Notes: generated by a model from the sequence alone, not told the origin. Shown: positions 44,977-55,363, numbered from the stretch's first letter. The stretch is 64,000 nt of DNA from an uncultured Bifidobacteriaceae bacterium (GCA_964619705.1 CAZUGF010000001.1:151811-215810); one strand, 5' to 3'. Made by a program: numbers and translations.

Positions 44977-46251
44977 TCACGCCACTTCGACCCGGTCCCG
45001 GCCGGCGTCCTTGGCGCGATAGAGCGCGAGGTCGGCCCGGGCGACCAGATCCTCGGCCGACAGCGGCGCGCCCGGCTCGGTGGTCGCGACGCCGAGGCTG
45101 ATGGTCACGCAGCCCCTGGGGACCGCTTCGTGCCGCAGCCCGAGACGGCTGACCGACTCGCGCAGGGCTTCCGCCACGGCCTGGGCGCCGTTGGCGTCCG
45201 TGGACGGGAGCAGGATGACGAACTCCTCGCCGCCGTACCGGGCCGGGAAGTCCCCGCCGCGGATGGTGCTCTGCACGGCCACGGCCACAGCCCTGAGGCA
45301 CTGGTCGCCCGCCGGATGGCCGTAGCGGTCGTTGAGCGCCTTGAAGGAGTCGATGTCGGCGAGGATCAGGGAGAGTGGCATGCCGCCGATGAGGCTGCGC
45401 TGGCACTCCCGCTGCAGCGCCTCGTCGAAGTGGCGGCGGTTGAACAGGCCGGTGAGCCCGTCGCGCGTCGCCACCTGCGACAGCAGTTCGAAGCGCTGGC
45501 GGTAGGTGAGGATCGCGAACAGGTCCCGCACGCCCGGCCCGTCCACAATCGCGAGGGGCTCGCGTTCGAGGACGTGCAGGTAGAGGGCGGCCGCCGCGCA
45601 GAACAGCAGGGCGAACCCGGTCTTGCCCGCAATGGCCGATCCGAGGATGAGTCCGTAGTTCGGCTCGAACCAGAAGAACGTGCTGACGAACACGAGGCTG
45701 TCGAAGGCGAGCACGACGATCATTGTGGCCACCATGCTCGGGAACAGGCGCCGGAGGCGCCGCGCCATGAGCTCGTAGACGACCGGGATGAGCAGGGCGT
45801 CGACGTAGAGGAGCACCGAACCCAGGACGAGCATGCCGGCGGCGTCGGCGAACACGGCCGGCGGCATGTTGGCGATGTTCAGGGCGAGGCCCGACTGGAG
45901 CTGGTAGGCCGTGCCGAAGGACAGGAACCCCGTCGTCACGTTGGAGATGACGAGGGCGTAGATCAGCTTGCGGGCCTCGAGGGCGTCCTCGCGGATGTAC
46001 ACGATGAGCACGGCACACAGGCTGGCCGCGAAGAGCACCGTCGAGCCTGTGCTGACGAGGAGCGGGCCGATCTCGACGAAGATGCCGGAGGTGAACGTCT
46101 GCAGGACCTGGAACACGCCCAGGCAGACGTAGAGGGGCGCGAGCCCGAACGTCGAGCGCAGCCTGAACAGGAACAGGACCAGCCCGATGACCACGAGCGC
46201 CTGGGCCGCGAGGATCGTCGACGACGCCACAGGGAGTCCAGCCGCGGCCAT
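44977..46251 (-). CDS. Membrane-bound diguanylate cyclase (multi-TM sensor + GGDEF domain)
   Basis: An N-terminal region of roughly 230 aa that is hydrophobic and has several TM helices. DGLTGLFNRRHF, the I-site-like context and the RYGGEEFVILLP active-site motif. Confidence 0.88.
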   Translation of the reverse strand: MAAAGLPVASSTILAAQALVVIGLVLFLFRLRSTFGLAPLYVCLGVFQVLQTFTSGIFVEIGPLLVSTGSTVLFAASLCAVLIVYIREDALEARKLIYALVISNVTTGFLSFGTAYQLQSGLALNIANMPPAVFADAAGMLVLGSVLLYVDALLIPVVYELMARRLRRLFPSMVATMIVVLAFDSLVFVSTFFWFEPNYGLILGSAIAGKTGFALLFCAAAALYLHVLEREPLAIVDGPGVRDLFAILTYRQRFELLSQVATRDGLTGLFNRRHFDEALQRECQRSLIGGMPLSLILADIDSFKALNDRYGHPAGDQCLRAVAVAVQSTIRGGDFPARYGGEEFVILLPSTDANGAQAVAEALRESVSRLGLRHEAVPRGCVTISLGVATTEPGAPLSAEDLVARADLALYRAKDAGRDRVEVA

Positions 46252-46275
46252 CTTACCCCGCGTCCGGCCCGGGGC

Positions 46276-47706
46276 CTACGCGCTCTTCTCGGCGCCGCTC
46301 TGGCGCAGTTCCGCCAGCAGCGCGTCCACCGTCTTCTTCGCGTCGCCGAAGAGCATGCGTGTGTTGTCGAGATAGAAGAGCGGGTTCTCCACCCCGGCAT
46401 AGCCGCTGGCCATCCCGCGCTTGAGGACGATGCTCGTCCGCGCCTTCCAGACCTCGAGGACGGGCATGCCGTAGATGGGGCTCGACGGGTCATCCAGCGC
46501 GCCGGGGTTCACGATGTCGTTGGCGCCGATGATGATCACGACATCCGTGGAGGGGAAGTCGTGGTTGATCTCCTCCATCTCGAGCACGATGTCGTAGGGC
46601 ACCTTGGCTTCCGCCAGCAGCACGTTCATGTGCCCCGGCAGGCGGCCGGCGACCGGATGGATCGCGAAGCGGACGTCCGTGCCGCGATCCCGCAGGATCC
46701 GCGTGACCTCGTACAGCGGATGCTGCGCCTGCGCCACGGCCATGCCGTAGCCCGGCACGACGATGACGCGCTTCGCGTCGAGCAGCAGTTCCACCGTCTC
46801 CGTGGTGGTGACGCTCTTGACCTCGCCGGCCGGCTGCGCACCGCCGGCGGGCGCCGCCCCCTCCTCCGCGCCGAACCCGCCGAGGATGACGCTGAGGAAC
46901 GAGCGGTTCATGGCCTTGCACATGATGTAGCTCAGGATGGCGCCGCTCGATCCGACGAGCGCGCCCGTGATGATCAGCAGGTCGTTGGCGAGCATGAAGC
47001 CCGCGGCCGCCGCCGCCCAGCCCGAGTAGCTGTTGAGCATCGAGACGACCACGGGCATGTCCGCGCCGCCGATTGCCATCACCAGGTGGATGCCGAGCAG
47101 GCAGGCGAGCACCGTGCACAGGATGAGCGGGAGGACCGGCGGATGGCCGGCGGCGCTCTCGACGCCGACGAACTGCGCGCCCAGGTAGACGCAGGCGAGG
47201 AGCATCCCGAGGTTGAGCATGTGCCGCCCCGTCAGGAGGAGCGGCTTGCTGCGGATGATCCCCTGGAGCTTGCCGAACGCGATCACCGACCCCGTGAACG
47301 TGACCGCCCCGACGAAGACGCCGATGAAGATCTCGACCTCGTGTATCCGCGCCTCGACGCCGGCGAGCCCCGTGGAGGGCCCGAGCGCGCTGGCGAAGCC
47401 GACCAGCACGGCAGCGGCTCCGACAAAGCTGTGCAGGATGGCGACGAGCTGCGGCATCTCGGTCATCCCGACCCGCGCCGCCATCACGGCGCCGATGCCG
47501 CCGCCCGCCGCGAGCATGGCCGTCAGCAGGCCGTAGCTGGCGACGCGCGGCCCGAACATGGTGGCGGCCACCGCGATCAGCATGCCGGCAATCCCGAGCA
47601 TGTTGCCGCGGCGTGCCGACGCCTGCGCGGACAGGCCGCCGAGGCTGAAGATGAACAGCAGCCCCGCGGCGATGTAGGCGATGGTGACCAGGGATTCAGG
47701 CAGCAA
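46276..47706 (-). CDS. pntB: NAD(P) transhydrogenase subunit beta
   Basis: 476 aa with N-terminal TM helices. The C-terminal dIII domain has [33 protein letters not shown] and IGANDIVNP. Confidence 0.93.
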   Translation of the reverse strand: MLPESLVTIAYIAAGLLFIFSLGGLSAQASARRGNMLGIAGMLIAVAATMFGPRVASYGLLTAMLAAGGGIGAVMAARVGMTEMPQLVAILHSFVGAAAVLVGFASALGPSTGLAGVEARIHEVEIFIGVFVGAVTFTGSVIAFGKLQGIIRSKPLLLTGRHMLNLGMLLACVYLGAQFVGVESAAGHPPVLPLILCTVLACLLGIHLVMAIGGADMPVVVSMLNSYSGWAAAAAGFMLANDLLIITGALVGSSGAILSYIMCKAMNRSFLSVILGGFGAEEGAAPAGGAQPAGEVKSVTTTETVELLLDAKRVIVVPGYGMAVAQAQHPLYEVTRILRDRGTDVRFAIHPVAGRLPGHMNVLLAEAKVPYDIVLEMEEINHDFPSTDVVIIIGANDIVNPGALDDPSSPIYGMPVLEVWKARTSIVLKRGMASGYAGVENPLFYLDNTRMLFGDAKKTVDALLAELRQSGAEKSA

Positions 47707-47769
47707 CGTTCACTCCGGCACTGGCGAGGATGGCGTCCATGGGGCGATACGGTCCGGCGGCCATGCGTG

Positions 47770-49338
47770 TCATCGGCGCTGGAACATCTTCAGCATGCGT
47801 TGCGTGACCAGGAACCCGCCGGCGATGTTGACGGTCGCCAGCAGGATGGCTGCCGCGCCGAGGATGACGGCCGGGTCGCCCAGCGGGCCGCTCACCTGCA
47901 GCATCCCGCCGATGACGATGATCCCGCTGATGGCGTTGGTCACGCTCATGAGCGGCGTGTGCAGCGCCGGCGTGACGTTCCACACCACCTGCCAGCCGAC
48001 GACGCACGCCAGGGCGAACACGGTGAGGTGCGCCAGGAAGGACGGCGGCGCCACCATCCCGAGCCCGAGGAACGCCGCCGCGGCCACGACGAGGGTGACG
48101 GCCAGGCCGGCGCCCGAGCGCTGCCGGTCCGGCGCCTCGTGCGCCCTGGGCGCGGTGACGCTCGGCGGCCGGGCCGACGGCGCCTGCGGAATCGGGGGCG
48201 GCTCGCGCTTCGGCGGCGGCCACATGACGCGCCCGTCCAGGAGCACGAGCGCCCCGCGCACGACCTCGTCCTTCTCGTCGACATGGAAGTGCGCCCCGCC
48301 GCCCATGTCCGCGAGCAGGTGGCCGAGGTTGTTGCCGTACAGAAAGCTCGCCGTCGGCGCGAGCCGGCTCGGCAGGTCCATGTAGCCGATGATGTGGACG
48401 CCGTGCCGCTCGACGACGGTCCCCGGCTCCGTGAGGGCGCAGTTTCCACCGTTCTCCGCCGCCAGATCCACGATCACCGACCCGTTCTTCATCGTCCGGA
48501 CCATGTCCTCGGTGATGAGGACCGGCGCGGGGCGGTTCGGGATGAGGGCGGTCGTGATGATGATGTCCACGTCCTTCGCCTGAGCGGCGAACATGTCCAT
48601 CTCCGCCTTGATGAACGCGGGGCTCATCTCCTTGGCGTAGCCGCCGGTGCCCTCGCCGTCTTCCTCGACGTTGAGCTCGATGAACTCCGCGCCCATGCTC
48701 TTGACCTGCTCCTTGACGGTCGGGCGCGTGTCGAACGCGCGCACGATCGCCCCGAGCCCGCGGGCCGCGCCGATCGCGGCCAGCCCGGCCACGCCCGCGC
48801 CGATGACGAGCACGCGCGCCGGCGGCACGCGGCCCGCCGCGGTCATCTGGCCGGTGAAGAAGCGGCCGTAGAAGCTTGCCGCCTCGATGACCGCGCGGTA
48901 GCCGGCGATGTTGGCCATGGACGAGAGCGCGTCCATCTTCTGGGCCCGGCTGATGCGCGGCACCTGGTCCATCGCAATGGCCGTGACCTTCCGCGCGGCC
49001 AGCCGGTCGATGAGCGCCTGGTTCTTGCCCGGCCACAGGAAGCTGATGAGCGTCGTGCCCTCGCGCAGCAGGTCGGCTTCGTGGACGCCGAGATCGGGGT
49101 GCTGGTCCGGGGGCTGCACCTTGAGGACGATGTCCGCCTCGTGCCAGAGCTCACGGGTGTCGGTGATGACGTGCCCGCCCGCGGCCGTGTAATCGGCGTC
49201 GGTGAAGGAGGCCAGCGCGCCCGCCTGCGTTTCCACGCCGACGTCGAAGCCGAGCTTGATCAGGCGCGCGACGTTCTCCGGCGTGGCGGCGACGCGTCGT
49301 TCGCCCGGGCGAGATTCTCGTGGAACAGCCAGCTTCAT
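47770..49338 (-). CDS. pntA: NAD(P) transhydrogenase subunit alpha (unsplit, with C-terminal TM domain)
   Basis: [23 protein letters not shown], the Rossmann motif [17 protein letters not shown], and C-terminal TM helices with [16 protein letters not shown]. Confidence 0.93.
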   Translation of the reverse strand: MKLAVPRESRPGERRVAATPENVARLIKLGFDVGVETQAGALASFTDADYTAAGGHVITDTRELWHEADIVLKVQPPDQHPDLGVHEADLLREGTTLISFLWPGKNQALIDRLAARKVTAIAMDQVPRISRAQKMDALSSMANIAGYRAVIEAASFYGRFFTGQMTAAGRVPPARVLVIGAGVAGLAAIGAARGLGAIVRAFDTRPTVKEQVKSMGAEFIELNVEEDGEGTGGYAKEMSPAFIKAEMDMFAAQAKDVDIIITTALIPNRPAPVLITEDMVRTMKNGSVIVDLAAENGGNCALTEPGTVVERHGVHIIGYMDLPSRLAPTASFLYGNNLGHLLADMGGGAHFHVDEKDEVVRGALVLLDGRVMWPPPKREPPPIPQAPSARPPSVTAPRAHEAPDRQRSGAGLAVTLVVAAAAFLGLGMVAPPSFLAHLTVFALACVVGWQVVWNVTPALHTPLMSVTNAISGIIVIGGMLQVSGPLGDPAVILGAAAILLATVNIAGGFLVTQRMLKMFQRR

Positions 49339-49463
49339 CAGGTTCGGGTCCCGCCGGCACGGCTGTCCTCCCCGATGGAGAACCGCGAACCGGATGCGCG
49401 TGGATTATACGTTGCCCGGCGCGGCGGCCCGCCGGCCGGCAGGCCGCGGAGGGCGGCGGCAGC

Positions 49464-50816
49464 TCAACCGGACGCCCTGGCGAAGTCGAGCCGGAGCCGG
49501 TATTCGCGCCGCAGGACCAGGAGGTTCAGGCACATGTGCAGGGTCACCGAGAGCACGGAGAGATACCAGATCCAGCGGATCTCGAAGCCCGGCATGCGCG
49601 AGAGCAGGAGGGCGGGAATCGCCACGACCACAATCCGCGTGACGGAGGTCACCAGCGAGGGGACCGTGTTGCCCATGGCCTGGAACATCGACGCCGAGAC
49701 GAAGACAAGGCCGGAGGCCACGAAGTTCCAGGACGAGATCCGGAGATACTCGTCGCCCACGGCAATGACGGCGGGATCGTCCGAGAAGATGCCGATGAGC
49801 GCCGCCGGGGCGATGTGTGCCAGCAGGGCGAAGAGCACCATGCCGGCCGTAGCCAGCAGGGCGGCCGAGCGGAAGGTCTCGCGGACGCGCGCCGCGTGCC
49901 GTGCGCCGAAGTTCTGTCCCGCCACGGGCGCCACCGCGAACCCCAGCGCCACGATGGGGAGGAACCCCGACTGCATGATGCGCAGCCCGATGCCGAAGCC
50001 GGCCTGCGCGCCGGCGCCGAACGGCCGGATCACCGAGTAGACGACGGCCAGGTAGACGGCCAGCAGCGCGAACTCCGCACCCGATGGCAGGCCGACCTTG
50101 AGGATTCCGGCCCACACGCCGAGGTCCGGCTTCCAGTGGGCCGGCGCAAACCTCAGGTAGGCGGATGCGCGGAAGAAATACGTGGCCATCCAGATGAGCC
50201 CGATGGCAATCGCGATGAACGAGGAGATGGCCGCTCCCGCCACGCCCATGGCATACCCCGTGCCCCAGCCGAAGATCAGGAAGGGCGCCAGGACGATGTT
50301 GATGATCACCGAGCCGGTCTGGACGATCATGCCGGGCTTGAAGTTGCCGGTGCCGCGCAGCGCCGCGGCCATCGCGACCAGTGCGAACTGGAGCGACATG
50401 GCCGGCACCATCCAGGCGAGGTACTCGATGGCCAGCCGCGTCGTGCCCTCGTCCGCGCTCATCAGCCGCGCATAGGGCCCGCTCAGGCGGAGCATGACGA
50501 CGAGGAAGACGACCCCGGCGGCAAGCGACAGCACCTGTGCCTGGTTGAAGGTGACATTGGCGCGATCCCGGTCCTTGCGGCCGGCGGCGTGGGAAACGCG
50601 CGTGGTCGTGCCCACGCCCAGCATCTGCGTGGCGGCCAGGACGACGAACATCAGGTTGCCGCTGATGGCGACGGCGGCGACGGCGTCGGTCCCGAGCCGT
50701 CCCACCCAGTAGAGGTCCACCAGGATATAGAGCGTCTGGAACACCATGCTGACGAGCATGAAGCCCGTCGTCTCGAGCAGGTGCGTGGTGATCGATCCGG
50801 TGGTGAGGTCCTTCAT
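49464..50816 (-). CDS. MATE-family efflux transporter
   Basis: ATG 50816 (MKDLTTGSITTHLLE...). 12 TM. The motif MVFQTLYILVDLYWVGRLGTDAVAAVAISGNL is typical of MATE. Confidence 0.85.
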   Translation of the reverse strand: MKDLTTGSITTHLLETTGFMLVSMVFQTLYILVDLYWVGRLGTDAVAAVAISGNLMFVVLAATQMLGVGTTTRVSHAAGRKDRDRANVTFNQAQVLSLAAGVVFLVVMLRLSGPYARLMSADEGTTRLAIEYLAWMVPAMSLQFALVAMAAALRGTGNFKPGMIVQTGSVIINIVLAPFLIFGWGTGYAMGVAGAAISSFIAIAIGLIWMATYFFRASAYLRFAPAHWKPDLGVWAGILKVGLPSGAEFALLAVYLAVVYSVIRPFGAGAQAGFGIGLRIMQSGFLPIVALGFAVAPVAGQNFGARHAARVRETFRSAALLATAGMVLFALLAHIAPAALIGIFSDDPAVIAVGDEYLRISSWNFVASGLVFVSASMFQAMGNTVPSLVTSVTRIVVVAIPALLLSRMPGFEIRWIWYLSVLSVTLHMCLNLLVLRREYRLRLDFARASG

Positions 50817-50928
50817 GGGGAAGTGTGCGATCTTAGCGCGAACCTTCGGCCCGGTGGGCCCGTCTACCTGACCGGGCGCAGACACGCGCCGGCCGGGTGC
50901 CGGCCGCGCGGACGCCGGGGACACCATC

Positions 50929-52158
50929 ATGCGGACTGCCGTTGTCGCCTTGGATACGGGTCGCAGCCGTCGGATGCAGTACCACGCCCTCGCCCTTGCC
51001 GCGGAGGGCGCGGTGGACCTCGTGGGCCCGGACCACGACGCCCCGGACCCGGCGGTGGCAGGAGAGTCGCGCATTCGCGTCCATACCCTTGCACCCTGGC
51101 CGGCGCGCGATCGCACGCGCGGCGAAGAGCGATTCCGCGTCGTTGCCTTCATGCTGACGCTGCGCCGGTCCTGGCAGATCGCCTCCCGCCTCCTCCGGCT
51201 GCCGCGGCCGGACGTGATCCTCGTCCAGACGCCGCCCGCCACGCCCACGCTGGCCGTGGTCTGGATGGTGGCGCGCCTCCGCCGGGCGCGCCTGGTCATC
51301 GACTGGCAGAACCTCGCGCACATGGAGCGCGCGGCGCGCGTCGGCGATCAGCATCGCCGCGTGCGGTCCCTCAGGCGTGTCGAGCAGCGCTGGGCGCGGC
51401 GTGCGGACGCGCACCTGGCGGCCTCCCGGGCACTCGCGACATGGCTTGCGCGGGAGCTGCACGTGGCGGCTGTCGTCGTCCACGATGGCCCGCGGCGGGG
51501 CACCGCGCGGCTGGCGCCGTTGGCGGCAATCGCCGAACGGCGGCGGATCGTGGAGTCCCTGGGCGTGAAGGGCGTGGACGTGCCGCTGGCGGTGGCGCCG
51601 ACGAGGTGGACGGCCGACGAGGACGTGGACCTCCTGATCGAGACGCTCGAGCGGACGGACCGCGGCCTGCGCAGCGTGGCCCGGGACGGAGAGCCGCGCC
51701 TGGTCGTGCTGCTCACGGGCACCGGGGACGGGCGCACGGCGTTCGAGCAGCGCCTGGCGCGCCGGCAGTTCTCCGCCATCGCCGTCACGACCGCCTGCCT
51801 GTCTCCCGCGGACAACGCGCAGGTGACGGCGGCGGCCAGCCTCGGCCTGTGTCTCCACCAGTCCTCGTCGGGGCTGGACCTGCCGATCGAGCTGTCCGAC
51901 TTCCGCGGCGCCGGCGTGCCCGTGTGCGTCTACGACTTCGCGCCGGTGCTGTCCGAGCGGTTCACGAACGGACAGGACGGGGCCGTCCTTCGCGATGCGG
52001 GCGCGCTCGCCGCCGCCCTCATCGCGTTGGGGTCCGGCCCGTCAGTCACCGCCGACGCCCTGACGCGATCCCGGCAGTGGATGGCCGGGCAGGAGCCCGA
52101 GTGGTGGGACGACCACTGGGTGGCGACGGCCCGCCAGGCGATCGTCAGCCAGCCGTAG
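50929..52158 (+). CDS. ALG1-like (CAZy GT33-like) beta-mannosyltransferase homologue
   Basis: The blocks GRSRRMQYHALALA, ILVQTPPATPTL, IDWQNLAH, TRWTADEDVDLL and LGLCLHQSSSGLDLPIELSDFRGAGVPVCV match the corresponding blocks of yeast/human Alg1 (GHSPRICYHA, ILVQNPPSIP, IDWHNLAY, TSFTPDEDI, GVSLHTSSSGLDLPMK..DMFG.GLPV), recalled from memory. Confidence 0.75.
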   Translation: MRTAVVALDTGRSRRMQYHALALAAEGAVDLVGPDHDAPDPAVAGESRIRVHTLAPWPARDRTRGEERFRVVAFMLTLRRSWQIASRLLRLPRPDVILVQTPPATPTLAVVWMVARLRRARLVIDWQNLAHMERAARVGDQHRRVRSLRRVEQRWARRADAHLAASRALATWLARELHVAAVVVHDGPRRGTARLAPLAAIAERRRIVESLGVKGVDVPLAVAPTRWTADEDVDLLIETLERTDRGLRSVARDGEPRLVVLLTGTGDGRTAFEQRLARRQFSAIAVTTACLSPADNAQVTAAASLGLCLHQSSSGLDLPIELSDFRGAGVPVCVYDFAPVLSERFTNGQDGAVLRDAGALAAALIALGSGPSVTADALTRSRQWMAGQEPEWWDDHWVATARQAIVSQP

Positions 52159-52223
52159 CCGATCCGATCCGGCGCGAGCCGACCGCGGCCCGTCGTCGGT
52201 GCCGCGAGCCCTGCCTGCCGCTG

Positions 52224-54890
52224 CTACTCGTGAAGCGCGCGGGCCGGATCGATCCGGGCAGCCCGCCAGGCCGGACCGAGCGCGGCCAGCGCCGCCACCA
52301 CGAACAGCAGAATCGCGGCCGTCCCGAGTGTGACGGGATCACGCGGCGCCACGCCGAACAGTTGTCCCTGCAGTACGCGCACCGCGGCCAGCGTGCCCGC
52401 CATGCCGGCCAGGAGCCCGACGATCACCGGCGCGAGGCCGTGCCCGGCGACCATCGCGACGACCGTCGGCACCGAGGCGCCGAGCGCCATGCGCACGCCG
52501 ATCTCCCGCGTGCGCTGGACCACCAGCCATGCCATCACGCTGTAGATGCCGAGTGCGGCCAGCAGCAGGCCGGTGAGTCCCAGGAGGGACATCATCAGGG
52601 TGTTGAACCGCGCCATCCGCGTCGACAGGAACAGCGCATCGTCGAACGTCCCGATGCCGTAGACGGGCAGCGAGGGGTCCATCTCGCGGACGGCGTTCCG
52701 CATGACCTGGGCCATGGCCGCCGGCGGCCCGTTCCCGGGCCGCACGATCATGATCAGCGTGTTCTGCACCCACGACCACGCGATGTCCGGGATCTGCGTC
52801 ATCGGGATATAGAACTCGGGGCGCGGCTCGATCGCGGGGCCGCGCGAGTGGACGTCAGCGACGACCCCGACGATGGTCTTCCACGCCGGATCGTCCGGGC
52901 TGCCCTCGCAACAGGTGATGCGCTTGCCGAGCGGGCTCTCGTCCCCGAACGCCTGCCGGGCCAGCGTCTCGTTGACGATCATCACAAGCGGTGCGCCCCG
53001 CACGTCGCCCTCCGTGAAGGTGCGGCCGGCGAGGAGCGGGACGTCGAGCACGCGGAAGTAGTCCGGCGTGATGAAGTGCGATTCGCTGTCGATGATGCTT
53101 TCCATCGAGAGGGCGCGGCCTTCGGGGATGAGGCCGTTGGAGCTGCCCCCGCCGACAAGCGGTGGCTGTGAGTCGAGCGCGGCCGCGCGCACGCCGGGTG
53201 TGGACTGCAGGCGTTCGACCAGTTCCTGGAAGGCTGCCTTGACGCGCTCCGGCTGACGATACGCGGCGCCGATGAGCCCGACGCGTCCGACCAGCGCGCT
53301 CGACGTGTCGAACCCGAGCGACACCTCCGAGAGCCGGATGGCACTTTGCACGAGCAGTGCCGCGCCGGCGAGGACCATGAGCACCAGCGCGGCCTGTACG
53401 GCGACCAGCGCCTGCCGCACCCACGGGCGTACGCTGCCGCCGGGCAGCCCCTTGCCGTCGCCCAGCTCGTGCCGCAGATCCCTCCGCCTGGTGGCGATCC
53501 ACGCGGGAAGGACACCCACGAGCACGGCACTCCCCACGACGAGCGCCAGCGCCGTCGCGAGCACCGGCGGGTTCAGCGACGCCGAGCCGATACGCTGCAT
53601 CGCCGGCGCCCTGGCGAGGAGCCCCGGCAGTGCCCACCATGCCAGCAGCACGCCGCCGGCGCCGCCGATCATCGCGATGACGAGGCTCTCCGTGAGCACC
53701 TGCCGCACGATTCGGCCGCGTCCGGCGCCGATTGCGGCCCGAATGGCCAGTTCGCGTGACCTCGAGGCCAGGCGGGCCAGGAAGAGGTTGGCGACATTGC
53801 CGCACGCGATCAGCAGCACGGCCAGCACCGCGCCCAGCAACACGACGAAGCGGGTCCGGTAGGGCGCCGTGTGGAACTCGCCGAAGACCCGGGCGCCCGC
53901 GCCGCGTTCGTGGTTGTACCGGGCGTGGTCACGGCGCAGCCCCTCGGCGGCGCGTGCGAGGTCGTCGTTCACCTGGGCCAGGGTCGCGTCCGCGCGCCGC
54001 AGGCCGTGCAGCGAGAGGAAGTGCTCGTCGTAGGTGACCAGCCGTTCGGCGGTGAACGCCATCGGGACCCAGATCTGCTCGTTGCCCATCACGGCGTCGA
54101 AGGACGGCGGCATGACGCCGACCACGTCATGAGGCTGACCGTTCAGGTGAATCGACTGCCCGACAACCGCCGGGTCCGCGGCGAAGCGCTGCACCCAGAA
54201 GCGATGGCTCAGCATCACCACCTGCCCGTGCCCGGGCCGGTCGTCGTCCGGCGTGAAGGTGCGGCCGTGCAGCGGCGCGATGCCGAACACCGGGAAGTAG
54301 TTCCACGTGACCCGCAGGCCGAGGACGCGTTCCGCATCGTCATCCCCTGCCAGGTTGAAGCTGGCGTGTGCTGCGGCGGAGAGGTGCTCGAGCGAGGGGA
54401 CGCGCTGGCGGATGTAATCGTAGTTGCCGCCCGATGTCTCGCTCGGTCCCTCGCGCCGTGTCGTCTGGACGACGAGCACGCGATCGGGGTCCGCAAAGGG
54501 AAACGGCTCGAGCACGACGGCGTACGCGACGCTGAAGATGGCGGTGGTGGCGCCGATGCCGACGGTGAGCGTGAGCACGGCGGCCGCGGTGAAGCCCGGG
54601 CGCTGGCGTGCCTGACGGAGTGCGAAGCGCAGGTCCTGCCCGAGTGCCGTCAGCCACTCGCGGCGGGCCCACGTGCGGTTGCGCTCGCGGCCGAGGCGCG
54701 TCAGGTCGGCCCGTACCCGATCGACGTCGCCGAAGCGCCGTTCCGCTTCGCGGCGCGCGGTGCGGGGATCCAGCCCCCGGTCGATGAGCTCTTGCGTGCG
54801 CTGCTCGACGTGGTGCGCGATCTCCTCGCGCACCTCCTGTTCGACGGGCACGCGCCACAACAGGGATCGGATCCGCATTCTGATGCTCAT
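52224..54890 (-). CDS. ADOP-family (MacB-like, duplicated FtsX) ABC-transporter permease
   Basis: ATG 54890 gives MSIRMRIRSLLWRVPVEQEVREEIAHHVEQRTQELIDRG, the typical ADOP N-terminal extension. It has two MacB_PCD/FtsX halves and the C-terminus LVVQRTREIGVRMALGAS...ARIDPARALHE. The longer ORF to 55154 is a read-through of the padR antisense frame. Confidence 0.88.
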   Translation of the reverse strand: MSIRMRIRSLLWRVPVEQEVREEIAHHVEQRTQELIDRGLDPRTARREAERRFGDVDRVRADLTRLGRERNRTWARREWLTALGQDLRFALRQARQRPGFTAAAVLTLTVGIGATTAIFSVAYAVVLEPFPFADPDRVLVVQTTRREGPSETSGGNYDYIRQRVPSLEHLSAAAHASFNLAGDDDAERVLGLRVTWNYFPVFGIAPLHGRTFTPDDDRPGHGQVVMLSHRFWVQRFAADPAVVGQSIHLNGQPHDVVGVMPPSFDAVMGNEQIWVPMAFTAERLVTYDEHFLSLHGLRRADATLAQVNDDLARAAEGLRRDHARYNHERGAGARVFGEFHTAPYRTRFVVLLGAVLAVLLIACGNVANLFLARLASRSRELAIRAAIGAGRGRIVRQVLTESLVIAMIGGAGGVLLAWWALPGLLARAPAMQRIGSASLNPPVLATALALVVGSAVLVGVLPAWIATRRRDLRHELGDGKGLPGGSVRPWVRQALVAVQAALVLMVLAGAALLVQSAIRLSEVSLGFDTSSALVGRVGLIGAAYRQPERVKAAFQELVERLQSTPGVRAAALDSQPPLVGGGSSNGLIPEGRALSMESIIDSESHFITPDYFRVLDVPLLAGRTFTEGDVRGAPLVMIVNETLARQAFGDESPLGKRITCCEGSPDDPAWKTIVGVVADVHSRGPAIEPRPEFYIPMTQIPDIAWSWVQNTLIMIVRPGNGPPAAMAQVMRNAVREMDPSLPVYGIGTFDDALFLSTRMARFNTLMMSLLGLTGLLLAALGIYSVMAWLVVQRTREIGVRMALGASVPTVVAMVAGHGLAPVIVGLLAGMAGTLAAVRVLQGQLFGVAPRDPVTLGTAAILLFVVAALAALGPAWRAARIDPARALHE

Positions 54891-54925
54891 GAGGGTCTGC
54901 CTCCACCCAACGGCGCCGGCCGCGG

Positions 54926-55252
54926 CTATGCCAGGATGCGATTGACCGCCGTGCTGAATGCCGCCCAGGCCACCTGGTCGGCCGCCAGCTGGTGCCGTCC
55001 GGCTCGCGTGAGCCGGTAGAACTTGGCGCGTCGTCCCAGATTCGAGGTGCCCCACTCCGCCTCGACCCACCCGCGCTTCTCCATCCGGTACAGGGCGGGA
55101 TAGAGCGAGCCTTCCTCCACCGGCAGCGCGTCGCCGGTGACCTCTTCGATCCACCGCGCAATGCCGTAACCGTGCTTGGGGCCGCCGGTCAGCGTCTTCA
55201 GGATCAGCGTCTCCAGCGTGCCGGGGAGGAAGTCGGTCGGGGTCCGGGACAT
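54926..55252 (-). CDS. PadR-family transcriptional regulator
   Basis: 108 aa. LILKTLTGGPKHGYGIARWIEEVTGDALPVEEGSLYPALYRMEKRGWVEAEW is the canonical PadR wHTH. Confidence 0.92.
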   Translation of the reverse strand: MSRTPTDFLPGTLETLILKTLTGGPKHGYGIARWIEEVTGDALPVEEGSLYPALYRMEKRGWVEAEWGTSNLGRRAKFYRLTRAGRHQLAADQVAWAAFSTAVNRILA

Positions 55253-55304
55253 CGTGGCCTCTGCCTGGAACGGCGTTTCACATGTTTCTCAGGAGCCCTC
55301 GAGG

Positions 55305-55333
55305 GTCTATGCCTAGAGAGTCTATGCCTTAGA
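55305..55333. promoter_or_regulatory. Tandem 13/14-nt motif GTCTATGCCTAGA-GA-GTCTATGCCTTAGA in the padR/fhs divergent intergenic region (candidate operator)
   Basis: Seen directly in the sequence. Each unit has TCTA..TAGA inverted ends. It is flanked by the 10-bp palindrome CCCTCGAGGG (55296-55305). This is the lowest-GC stretch locally. Confidence 0.3.
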
Positions 55334-55363
55334 CGAGGGCGAGCGCCGGATGGTTCGCATACA

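Noticed and set aside
49404-49409. Perfect TATAAT (minus strand) 66 nt upstream of pntA as a -10 box
   Set aside because: There is no credible -35 element 16-18 nt upstream (GC-only sequence), and promoter consensus for this lineage is uncertain. It was not reported as a feature.
45130-53171. Very long plus-strand ORFs (45130-50040, 1636 aa; 49320-53171, 1283 aa) spanning several genes
   Set aside because: They are antisense to the GGDEF, pntB, pntA, MATE and ADOP genes. Their composition is Arg/Gly/Ala/Asp-rich with no domains. They are a GC-driven artefact.
54891-55154. N-terminal extension of the ADOP permease ORF (start at 55154), which would fuse it across padR
   Set aside because: The extension overlaps the PadR gene out of frame. 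The canonical ADOP N-terminus (MSIRMRIRSLLWRVPVEQEVREE...) starts at ATG 54890.
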